Below are positions 26,701-38,700 of a DNA stretch of 64,000 bases, piece after piece (positions within the stretch are counted from its first letter, which is position 1; the number at the start of each line of letters is the position of its first letter). The notes under the pieces are model-generated. The model did not search any database. It saw only the letters and a list, made by a program, of their open reading frames with translations, and had not been told where the DNA came from. The position numbers and the translations under genes are program-made. This stretch comes from Nemertoderma westbladi (Eukaryota > Animalia > Xenacoelomorpha). The DNA is taken from the NCBI GenBank assembly GCA_032718475.1, contig JAUCBJ010006816.1, positions 1 through 64,000 of the forward strand, given 5' to 3'.

Positions 26701-29700
26701 CCGTGTTTAAAGCAACGTCTCCGCGGATGTTTATGTCTTTCCGTTTGTTGGTTGGGTCTTGGGCATTCATCGCAATAATACCAAAGACGCACGTCTTGTA
26801 GGAGAAACGCGGGTGATATTTATTCGGTGTTACAATGTTTCTCTCAAGAATTCCAAATATACGTTGGAGTTACCGCGTTTATCCGGTTCTTTAACGTCTT
26901 CTCTTTCGATTCGATTTCGAATAGAATTTTCGCATTCGATTTTCAGTTTATTGTTCCGACTCCGCTGGGTAGGATATTTAAATATTACCATTTCCCTTTC
27001 GGTGTCGACATAGTCCATATCGTGTAAATCGATAGGATGGCCAGTAGTTAAGAAGTCCATATGCGTACCATTACGATGCGTATAGCGAGCAGTGAATTTT
27101 CGATAGTCCAATTCACGCGTAAGTTGCTCCTGGGACATCGGCGGTTCGATATAACGACCATCGTCCTCCGTAGTAGTTGGACTAGCGTCGCTGCGTATCA
27201 ATCTATCAACAAATGCTTGCAACGGTAGATTATATTTCTCCCTGATACCAAGATCATCTTCTATCAACTCAGTCATAGCTGCTATATGAGTTTATCAATA
27301 TTATAATTAGTTATAATTAGGCTAGCGGGCGTCGCTGCCTACCCCTCTCGGCCCCTGGACAGCGCAAGATCCTCAGCTCCTAACAGGACCTAACAGACCT
27401 AACAGGTTGACACATTGTTACAGGGGGTGGTGGTATACCCTTATGTGTATTTACTAATTTATCGCGTTCTAACGCGATACTCTGCTGCACTTCTTGCAAC
27501 TCTAACCTACTTTCCCTTACTGTTCCTTTAAACTAATGAACAGTCTCCTGCATCTGCCCAAGCAGGAGATTCATCCCCCGCCGCCCCTCATTCACCCACT
27601 CGACCGCCGAAGCGGGAGCCGCCAACATAGTAGCGGGCAGACGAGGGACAACGGGCGACAAATCATTGATATTTCGCTCGGAGTCCAGGGCATGAACTGT
27701 CTCAGGGGTTGTTCTGTGGGGCACAGGTAGTTTAGTGCTGTGCAAAGGGAATTTAGAGGTAGGTTCTGGGAGTACAGGTGTCTCTATCACCGAAGGGGTG
27801 GCTTCGAGAACAGGCCTAATTATTTCAGGCTCATCTACTATAGTAGGGAGTCTTTCTATTTTAATTATTTGGTCTGTGGGTTCTGTACTACCTAAGTCTG
27901 TGTTAGTTAGTTGCCTTCTAACAGCTGGGGGCAAATCAGGCAATTTCTGACGGTGGGACATTCTTCTACGTCTGCTTAGACGAGATCTATTTCCTCCGCC
28001 TTCAGGATCGGTGGTATCGCCTTCATCAGATGATGTATATCCCTGTCTTTTGGGAGTAGATCGATTCATCATCTGCATATGACTAGCTGTTAACTGTTTA
28101 TTTATGCAGTCTTGATTCTCTTGAATATTTTCCAACTCTAGTTGGGTGGTCTCTTCAGATGCTCTTCGTTCTGCTTCTACCACTGCTCGCTTTCTTTCCG
28201 CTTCTGCCGCTTTTCTTTCCGCTTCTGCCGCTGCCGCTTTTCTTTCCGCTTCTACTGCTGCAGCTGCCGCTTTTGCCTCTGCCGCTGCCTCTGCCGCTTT
28301 TCTTTCCACTTCTGCCACTTTTCTTTCTGCTTCTGCCGCTGCCACTGCCGCTGCTGCTGTCTTTCTGTCTTCTATACGTTTTTTTCTTGACTTGTTCTTC
28401 TTGGACCCTAGCGATGCGGAGTCTTTCATCAAATTTAGCTTGGTTCGCAGCTATCATTTCCGCATCGATTGCGTCCAACACAAGCTTGGTTCCTTCACTA
28501 TTAGGGCAAAGTCCAGACAGCCGTCTCCTCAACTCTTCGTCACCTAGAAATCGTTGATAGTCTGACAGATAGATGTCAATAGCATCCCTCTTATGCGGTT
28601 TTTCTGCTGTCACTTCACTTTCCACTTGGGAAAAGGTAGCGTCTGTTGATTCTCCATGGGTTGAGCGCTCAGCCAGCTGAGATTTCCACTGGGCAGTTCC
28701 TTGAATTTGGAGACTCACCCGCTGAAACCAAGTCTTTACGGCAACTTGCAACGACGTGTCTTGTCTTCTTTTCGAAGCCTCCTCAAAGGCCGATAAGATT
28801 AGTCTGATTCTTAGAATTCTTTCTCTAACTTGATAAAGCAGCTCTCCCTGCTCTTGAGGTCCTTGGGGTTGTCGAAACAGTTGTTCCTCTAATCGCTCCA
28901 TAGAGCTGAAGAATCCCTGTACGTATCCTGCTGCTGACCTCTTCCACACAGCTGGATCGCTGGTTTCTTTTGTCACTCCCATCCTGTGTATGTCTTCCGA
29001 GGCAGCTTCCGATAAGTCAAACAGGATTCCGGGTCCAGGGAAGTTCCATTGCGACTCGACAATAGACTTCAGTTCTTCCCTTGTGTATCCCGCATAACTA
29101 TCCTTGGTCGATCGCTTACTTCTCGCCCAATCAATCTGGTGTTCCTCCACCGCAATCAATACCCTAGTGAGTACGGCTGCAGGAAGGATGAGAAGGGGAT
29201 CCGAATAAACCGCATCTGCCATCTTTGCTCCGTGCTCGGGTGTTAGCTCTACAGTATCCGCACTACTGGAGCTGTCGGGCCGCTGAGAAATAAGTTCTCG
29301 GCTCGAGTGTTGCTGCTGTTCTGCTGCTTCTTGGTCCCACTTGACCTGAGCTCGAGTGCCTATGATAGACCTACGGTGTTGGACTAGCCTAGGGTCTGAT
29401 ACTACTACTGGAGGGATGATCTTTATTACAGTAGGAGGCGAATTGAACTTCGGTCTCACACGTTCCACACTCCTGTCTGGGTCACAGATGGTTGTATCTA
29501 GGAGACTGTCTGACAGGTTTTGCTTTGTGTCAGACATGTTTGTTGGTACAGTTGAATGCCTACTGCTATATTACAGTTAAAGCAAGTCAAGTAATTCAGT
29601 ATCACCGTTAGCCTAGTAATTAATTACCGATATCGTTACTCTATGTAACGTGATATATATACAATATATTAGAATACCGGTATACACTTATAGTATATAT

Positions 29701-32700
29701 ATAAGTATTATTACAGACTAGGTTTGTCACAGAATACCGGTATATAATTTCAGCGCAAATATATAAATATATAATAAGCCTATCGTGAATACCGGTATAC
29801 AGCTTACACTTATAGTATATATAAGTATAATTACAGACTAGAATTAATTACAGAATACCGGTATATAATTTCAGCGCAAATATATAAATATATAATAAGC
29901 CTATCGTGAATACCGGTATATCAATTATTTTAGAATAATTGAATTTCTGAATTTTAGGGGTTACTTGGTTACTTTACTTTACCTTATTACCGTTATTTAA
30001 GCAGTAGTCCAACTGATATTAAGACCTAATTGTTGTATGACAGGCCTACTATTTTATAAATCGGTTTGAGTTGATTTATAATATATATATACCCGTTTAA
30101 TGGGTTTTGTCAATATTTGAAATAAATGTTATTATTTCTGGGAAGGAGTCACTGCACAGAAGCTGTACGCTCTCAGTGAAGTGCTACTTGTTGGACACTA
30201 AAACAAATAATTCTAATTTGCCTAAGTTACTTAATACTACAAATTACGTACAATTCGGGGTGAGATTACAATCTCTAAATAAACACAAAAATTACACGTA
30301 CGAATTTTTAGGGTAATTTTACAAGAAGTCTACAAACCAGCCTAACAAAGGGTTAGAATATCTGGTTATTACAAACAGACAGGATTCTACGGTATTTGAA
30401 AATAACAAAGCAGTAGTAAATATACTGCGTTGTCCAGATAGGAAAAATACCACCGTCTGACGACTTATAGCCGTATCGCTATAAGTACTACATTATGTAT
30501 CACGGAGTGTTCCTACCTAGAAGTTAATTACCGCGGCCTACCAGAGCCAACGTGCCTATTAACCACTTTACAACACAAATATACTGCCTACACACTAATT
30601 TCCTTCGGAAAGCACTGTACACTAAACCCTAAATTAGGTACAAGCACTTATACAACAAATAACCAGCAGTTAGAAATACTTGTACAGCTAAAGGAACCAC
30701 GGTATCTGCCGGAGTGACTGGAGCATAAAATCACCAGTCTTTACCTACGCCAAACAGCCCTGATGTAGTACCGGGGTTAATTTAACTATAACGGTATGTA
30801 TAACAAGCACAATTACTGTAGGAATAAACTTGGGGGTATGAATGTTGCGCATAATCGCATAAACTCTGAATAATAAATATTACGCTACACGTACAGACTA
30901 CTCAAACAAAATACAGACCAAACGCTGGCAGACTACTATCAAGCCCAAACAAACTACAGTATATGCAGACTCCGAAATGGTTAGTTAGTATGCGTTCTAA
31001 CCGAGTAGTACGACTTATTCTTTCAGGGGGATTTACCTTACAGCACTGGATGCCACCCACTTTCCTAACTAGTACTTTATCGGACATACACTCTACACAC
31101 ACCGCAATCTCTTCAGACCTAACAACAGCCAGGCAACAATCCAGCCTACAAATTATCTAAATAAGAAATATTACGCTACCCGTACAGAATACACAAACAA
31201 AATACAGACCAAACGCTGGCAGACTACTATCAAGCCTAAACAAACTACAGTATATGCAGACTCCGAAATGGTTAGTTAGTATGCGTTCTAACCGAGTAGT
31301 ACGACTTATTCTTTCGGGGGGATTTACCTCACAGCACTGGAAGCCCCTACGTTCCTAACTAGTACTTTATCGGACATACACTCTACATACACTGCAATCT
31401 CTTCAGACTTAACAACAGTCAGACAACAGTCCAGCCTACAAATTATCTGTACAATCTGAGCAGGCTTACACGTCTTCTGCTCAATATTAACCTACAAATA
31501 AATAAAACTGACAGAAATAAGTAAACCATACAAAGGAATAAGGGGTGATCAATCCCTAATCCCCTAACAGCCTACAATATATCACAATCGAAATAATACT
31601 GGTACCTGTACTGCAGTAAGTACCGGTTCGGGTGGTTAGGTAGTCAGGCCTACTGGTTACCGGTTGACCAGTACTTCAGCTTTATTGCCTACATTGCAAT
31701 ACAGAAGCAATAACTGTTATTGTTCGCGCTTTCAGACCTTTAGCAGTTTAACCTGCCAAATTTAGGTGTCTTCTAGATTATAAATCGACTTTAGCCTATG
31801 ACGAGTATTTGATACACTACATTAGCCGAAGCCAGTCTATGCGCGACCATTCACCCGCTGGATATACTCGGGAGACTGGATTCGGAAGCTCTGACCTTAT
31901 TGCGGTGTAGGCCTACTGTATTATTCGACTGATCGTTAATATGTAATCTCTGACAAATATTATTCACTTTCGGGAAATATTAACAGTTCCTTTAGGACGT
32001 GGCGCTCTAAATAATGTAAACAGAGTTATGACTTACACTAGACACAACGGGATGGCTATTGATTCACGTATAAAGCGCATTCTTTAGGAGATGCTTTGTT
32101 ATCTGTCACAATCATGCACACTACCGCACAATGCTGCACACCGATCTGCCGACCTTCACTAATTTTAGTCACATATAAAGAGAACAGCAACCGACACATG
32201 TAGTGCCTATGAAATAGCCTTAGATTCACTCCAAAACCAATATAATGTAAGTCGCAATTGCTATATGTAACCTGTCTCTTACCTTCAGTATATCAAGAAG
32301 ATTGGGGGTTTTATGATTATTTATCGATATTATCCAAATATAATAATATTCCATCAACTGATATAATTAATAACCGACAGTAAATAGCAGTAAAAATGCG
32401 GTGTTTGTAGGTGACAATATGTTTTGTAACAATATGAATTGCGTTGAGATATGATTAGATAACAGTTATACGTTTCTATGATCAAGCCTACTAATGTTTG
32501 GCTAAAGCCTGAAACACAGAAATTCCAAAGCCGGTGTTCTGGCATCAGGAAAAATACACACACTGACTGAATTGCGTGAGTTTCTGTATACAATCTCCAA
32601 CTATACAATCTCTACAGCTCTGATTGGTCGACCGAACAAAGAACGAACAAAGAACAAAGAAAAAGTTACACGTGGACACAGCTGATAGATGTCGTCATCT

Positions 32701-35700
32701 GAGTTCCGATGTTTAGAGTATTTGGCTTATTGCGACATAAAATCGCTAGTTATGTCCGCTAAAGTACACATACAGAAGAAATGGCTTTTTATGTCCACTA
32801 AAACACCGGTACAGTAAGGAAACGGCTTTTTATGTCCGTTAAAACAACTACAGAGTACTTTGCGGGGAAAATAACCAGCTAATTCCGCAAAAGCCTTTAC
32901 ACTGCCCGTTCAATAGAAGTGGATTAGGTGGGAGTGTGAGTGTCAGGGGCTAGTGGCTGAACTGGTTAGCGCTACTGATGAGGCCTGTTAGGCCGAAACG
33001 TACGCATAGCGCTGGTTCAACCGCCGGTGACGCGCTTTATCATTTTCTCCACTTCTGAACAAAAAACCATTTACATTAAAACATAAAAAACACATTAGCT
33101 GCAACAATTCCTACAGGCTGGAGTTTCTCTATTAGTCCTTTCATTTCCGACGTAAGTTTTCAAATTCGGCTGCATTTTTCTGGTTAACGAAGTTGAGGTT
33201 TTAGCTGAAGGCGGAACAGTGCCGACTTGAGGACAAAGTTAAAATAAGAAATTAAACTCACCTAAATCGACCCCTTCGAGACTTGAACCCTCTATAAGAC
33301 CTGAGAGGTCTACATGGGCCTCGTCGTCTTCCCCAGCATCGCTGCCTGCAGGTCTAAGACCCCGACCGGAGATCTTTAGATTAGTCTGCGATGTCGGTGG
33401 GTACAGATCGTTGGGACCGAGTCCAGTGGCACCTCCAAACTCCTCTATATCCCTTCCGCTCCCAGACACGCCTAGAGGAGCTCCTGTATAAATAATTAAA
33501 AAAATAAAAAGTTAAAAAAAATAAATTACTTTTTGTTAATTTTAAGATTTCTAATGTTGCATATCATTTGAAAGAACATAATATTTGAAATTGTTATCAT
33601 TAAAGAAAGGTCGTTTAAAGGAGACAGTAAAGTAAATTTCAAAATAGGCCTACTTGCTGCACTAGGATAAATTGTATTGGTGCAAGTCCTCAAAATAATT
33701 TACTTCAAATAAACAAGAAAGTCAATAAAGTTTATTTACCTAACTCATCTCCTTCTTGTATCGAGTCGCCTTGAACAGGTGTTTTACCTCTAATTGCAGG
33801 TAAAGGAGGCGGTCGTTTATAAGGTGTACCTAAATGATATAAGTAAAATAGTTTAAACCCACCGATCGGTATAAACCCACCGATCAACCCGCCAATAAAC
33901 ATACAATAACACAGTTTTGCATTATATCAATGTACGGCGTTGTTTAAGGAATGACAATGGCTGAGAACCCCGATTCCTCTGGCTAGCAGGTTACCATAGA
34001 ACAACATCATTCAAGGGCTGATCAGTTCTACGTTGCCGTAGTTTCTGAAGGGTGATACTGGGTTTTAGAATTGTGTGTACTCGAAGAGGTTCACTGTACC
34101 ATTGTCTATTTGTCTATGAGCAATTGTACTGTACGTATTCCATGATCCCCCTTTGTAGCATTCTGGGTATTAATCATCAATGGATCATTTCTGGTGACTC
34201 GAGTAATAATAATAGTATAACGTCTATTAATAAGCAGGGTGACGTCTGCAGTAAAGGTCCAGCAGGGGCCTTCGGGGAAGGTGGGTTCGTGTGACTTCCC
34301 ACAATAGAATAACAGCGTAACTCGACTATGTAGTATAAACACGTTCGTGTGGCCTTCGTGCAGCACGAGACTCAGTCAACCTGAGAAGCTGTAATCCAAG
34401 TACTTTGTTTGTATTTACAATACGACGCTATGAAACTTCTGAATCTTTTTAAACCTTTGACCGGCATGTTTACCAGGTTTGGTTTAATTTCATCAGTGAT
34501 TGACCGACTTATTTCGGTTTTTATCAAAAGTCTGAAACTACCGGTACCTACTGACACACTGTTTTTACCAATCTTCAGATTCTTTCTAAAATTTTGACGG
34601 ATTATATACTTTGTTTCTTTGATTACCTATTTGATCTAATACAAGACCAAAGTATGTACAAAGTCTAATTTCATCAAGGAATTCCCGAATTATTAGCGAT
34701 TAAAAATTGGACAACAACAGACAACTCGTTCATGGTACCCCTACGCCAAGGCTTCGCTAACTTCGTGGCTCGCCCCCCATCTAACCTGGTCTTTAAATAT
34801 GAGTTAATAGTGCATATCAGTTTGACTACAGTACCAATATCTCACCTGGTCTATCGGTATCTCACCTGGTTTATCGGTATCTCACCTGGTCTAACGGTAT
34901 CTCACCTGGTCTATCGGTATCTCACCTGGTCTATCGGTATCTCACCTGGTTTATCGGTATCTCACCTGGTCTATCGGTATCTCACCTGGTCTATCGGTAT
35001 CTCACCTGGTCTATCGGTATCTCACCTGGTCTATCGGTATCTCACCTGGTCTATCGGTATCTCACCTGGTCTATCGGTATCTCACCTGGTCTATCGGTAT
35101 CTCACCTGGTCTATCGGTATCTCACCTGGTCTATCGGTATCTCACCTGGTTTATCGGTATCTCACCTGGTCTATCGGTATCTCACCTGGTCTATCGGTAT
35201 CTCACCTGGTCTATCGGTATCTCACCTGGTCTATCGGTATCTCACCTGGTCTATCGGTATCTCACCTGGTCTATCGGTATCTCACCTGGTCTATCGGTAT
35301 CTCACCTGGTCTATCGGTATCTCACCTGGTCTATCGGTATCTCACCTGGTTTATCGGTATCTCACCTGGTCTATCGGTATCTCACCTGGTTTATCGGTAT
35401 CTCACCTGGTCTATCGGTATCTCACCTGGTCTATCGGTATCTCACCTGGTCTATCGGTATCTCACCTGGTTTATCGGTATCTCACCTGGTCTATCGGTAT
35501 ATCACCTGGTCTATCGGTATCTCACCTGGTCTATCGGTATCTCACCTGGTCTATCGGTATCTCACCTGGTCTATCGGTATCTCACCTGGTCTATCGGTAT
35601 CTCACCTGGTCTATCTGTAATAAACAGTTCCTCGTCAATGAGTGTAGCAACATCGTAGAATATCTCATCTTCGTCTCTATCACCCTCGATTCTACGCACT

Positions 35701-38700
35701 AGTCCCCGCAGTTCATACTGCGTAACAACTTCCGACAAATGTAACTTACTATCCTAAATAAACCGAAAACGCGGGGAAATATAGAAGTATATAAACACAA
35801 TATACACTATAAAATGTAAATGTAAAATTTTAAGTACTACTACTAGGTCGAGCGAACTCGGACAGTGGAAATTGAGATCCTTCCAGGCTTCCCGATTCTC
35901 CATAGTTGTCGCAATTTCGTTTCTCCCAAGTTCAGTATCCCTTTCAAGTTGATCTATATATGTTATGGCAGGTCGTCCACGACTACGCTTTCCATGAGTT
36001 GGTGGTTGCCAGCGAAGTAGATCTGGTATGACCTCGTCTTTACTTCGCCAGCAAATCTTAATCTGCGTTCACGGAGGGTGGTTGATACAGGTGGTTTAGT
36101 ACCATAAAGCTCGGCGTTTGTCATGTGCTGTCTCCAGCTGATGTTTAGGGCTGCCCTTAGTAGTCTTGTGTAGCAACCATCAATTCGTTGTTTAAGTGAT
36201 TTAGTCAGTGTCCAGGTCTCACCCCCGTATAAAAATACACTTTCCACTGTGGCTCGAAAGAACTTAGTCTTCAGGTGCCTGGAGAGATCTGATTTCCAGA
36301 TGGTATCCATTTTTGATAGAGCTACCCAAGCCTTTGCTTTCCTAACTTCTTATGTACTTTTTGCTACTCTCTATCCATGATCCAAGGTACTGGAAGTCAT
36401 CGACCTTCCTTAGTTGATTATTATCAATGGTTGTCAAGTTTCCATCAACATTAAAGGTCATGAATTCGGTCTTGCGTAGCATTTATATGCAAAAAAAATC
36501 AAAATTAAAATTTTAAGTAGTTAATTTTAAATTATGATATTGTGATTTTCCAACTGATCTCTCTATTCCAAAGTACAATTTATTAGTACAGTTTACAGAC
36601 TCTGTCTAGTTTTAGTATGAAAACTCTGAAACTTTGAGGCTGGAGGTTTGTCAAGCCGCCTCTCAGTAAAATAATCCGCAATTTAATTTTTCAGGTAACA
36701 CGCATGGCAGTTATCAGCAAACTTGACACAGACTTTGATGTGATATTGATATCCATTCGACATTAACTTTAATTTACATTAAATCGGACGTACGAACTAA
36801 ACTTTATGCTATTGGCTCTCCTCTTAAAGATGTGATGTTGTCTGCCCACATTTCGTATTTATCTGATCTGTACAATTAGATCTGCTACATTCAGCAATTA
36901 ATAGTTATCTATAGGGGTGTGCCGGATATCCGGGCGGGCCGGAATTCCGGCCGGATTTAAAATCCGGTTCCGGCTCCGGCCGGATTTCAATTTTTGGCCG
37001 GATTTCAATTTCAGGGAATTGTTGACAAAATTTACAATTAATGTAAATTAAAAAAAAACATCAAAATTAATTTTCTTTTAAATTCAAACAAATTTAAACA
37101 TAAGCAAATACAATTATTTTTTTTATAAAAAACAATTATTTTCATAGTATGACTATCTACATGCTGAGCTGACTGACTACTTTTTACCAAGAATATTTGT
37201 ATTTGGTTGGGATCAGCCTCACTAACACTTAATATATAATAAATAATACATGTATATCCATATACTAATTATAACTAGTCAATAACTATTATATTGAACC
37301 AGCTCGCAAGCGTTTTTTGTTATGTCTAGGTAGGTTTGTTATAAATTGATATTAAGCTTACAACCGTGATTGACCAGGTTATATATTCGACAGGCAATTT
37401 AGAAACTCTTAGTAAATCCAATTTAATTCAGAGAGTTTAAAAAAAACTACAGCTACTGTATTACTTCGTTCTATTTTTCTATTTGCAATTTAGTTATCAA
37501 ATCAATCCATTATATTAAATTATCAAATCGTCGTAGGTTATGGTACAAAAATATTAGTTTATCTTCGCGATCCGGAAGTAGACGAGAGCGGTTCTTATCA
37601 AATACATTACCAGCCTCTACAAATATTCGCTCGGAATAAATTGGACGGTGGTGATACTAAATATACGTGTACAAGAATTTGTAAAAAATTAGGAAATGAT
37701 CCCTTATTTGCAGCCAACCAACGCATAACACTCTTCTCGTCCCGGGATAATTGACATACTTATCTACTTCTGAATTCATAATATTAATTAATTTTTTTTA
37801 CAAATCCCGCTCCGGCTCCGGCCTGGCCGGTTTGAAAATAGTCAATCCGGCACATCCCTAGTTATCTATCAGTAATAGGTACCCATCTTTCTGTCAGAAT
37901 GTTACCAAAGTAACTACATGTATTCACTTGTAACTATGTTGGTCCGTTAAACACCAACCTGTATAAGTGACTGTATTTCTGCGTCTGACAGCCCATGTCG
38001 TTGCTTTAACCGCTGCTCTTGGCGGCTTTCTGTGGTGTCCAAGCAAATGACCATGTCCACGTCCCCAATCTGTTCTTCGAATTCCTGGCATTGTTCTAAC
38101 GATCGGGGAAAACCTGAGAAATAAGAAAACAATTAAGTCTAATTAACAGTAATTAACAATTAAGTACTAAGAGTGTTATATATGATATATTTGATATTTA
38201 TTTATACTAGTGGAGAGATACTTTAGTTTATTGTTTTGGTTGAAATAACTGTGTCACTGTAACCTGCTCCTTTCCCTTAATTCAACATTGAATTCGTCGA
38301 GATGGGATTTGCGTCACGCCACCCACCCTCCCCCCCCCCCCCCCCCCCCTGTTAACATTTTCAATACATTTCCCATGAAAAGTTTAATCTTAGCGACAAA
38401 CAGGCTGAGACCGCATGCTGATTTATTAACCGGTTACAAATCTAAAGCGTTGTTTGGGGTAGTGGGGGCATTGCGTCATCCAAAATCCGTGACAACACTC
38501 TACCACAGTAAATAAAAACAGTGGGGCGTTGTCAAAAATGGCAACAAACAACGTGATATCAGATGATTACAGTTATATATTCAAATTACTACCAAAGTTT
38601 GGCTCCGCATATCACAAGTCGCATGAAAGAATCAATCATTTGGGGACAACGCACAAAATATCGGGAAAACACTCAAAATGTCGGGAAAACACTTAAGTAA

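Larger units (their letters stand above)
24471..32901 (-). mobile_element. Non-autonomous LTR retrotransposon of the BEL/Pao family seen at 43-54.6 kb (8.4 kb, no pol), in an AK5 intron
   Basis: Near-identical ~1.18-kb LTRs (24471-25649 and 31721-32901) with TG...CA ends, a 5-bp TSD CTGCC on both sides, and PPT-like GGGAGCGG next to the 3' LTR. Confidence 0.95.

Noticed and set aside
32951-33030. Functional tRNA gene
   Set aside because: No acceptor stem or anticodon loop; the anticodon arm is occupied by the hammerhead.
33095-33204. Possible terminal AK5 exon after a 57-nt intron
   Set aside because: Phase-compatible but has no homology support, and true AK exons continue at 22975. It cannot be excluded as a short isoform.
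34732-35658. 308-aa plus-strand ORF
   Set aside because: Translation of the 20-bp minisatellite, antisense to AK5.
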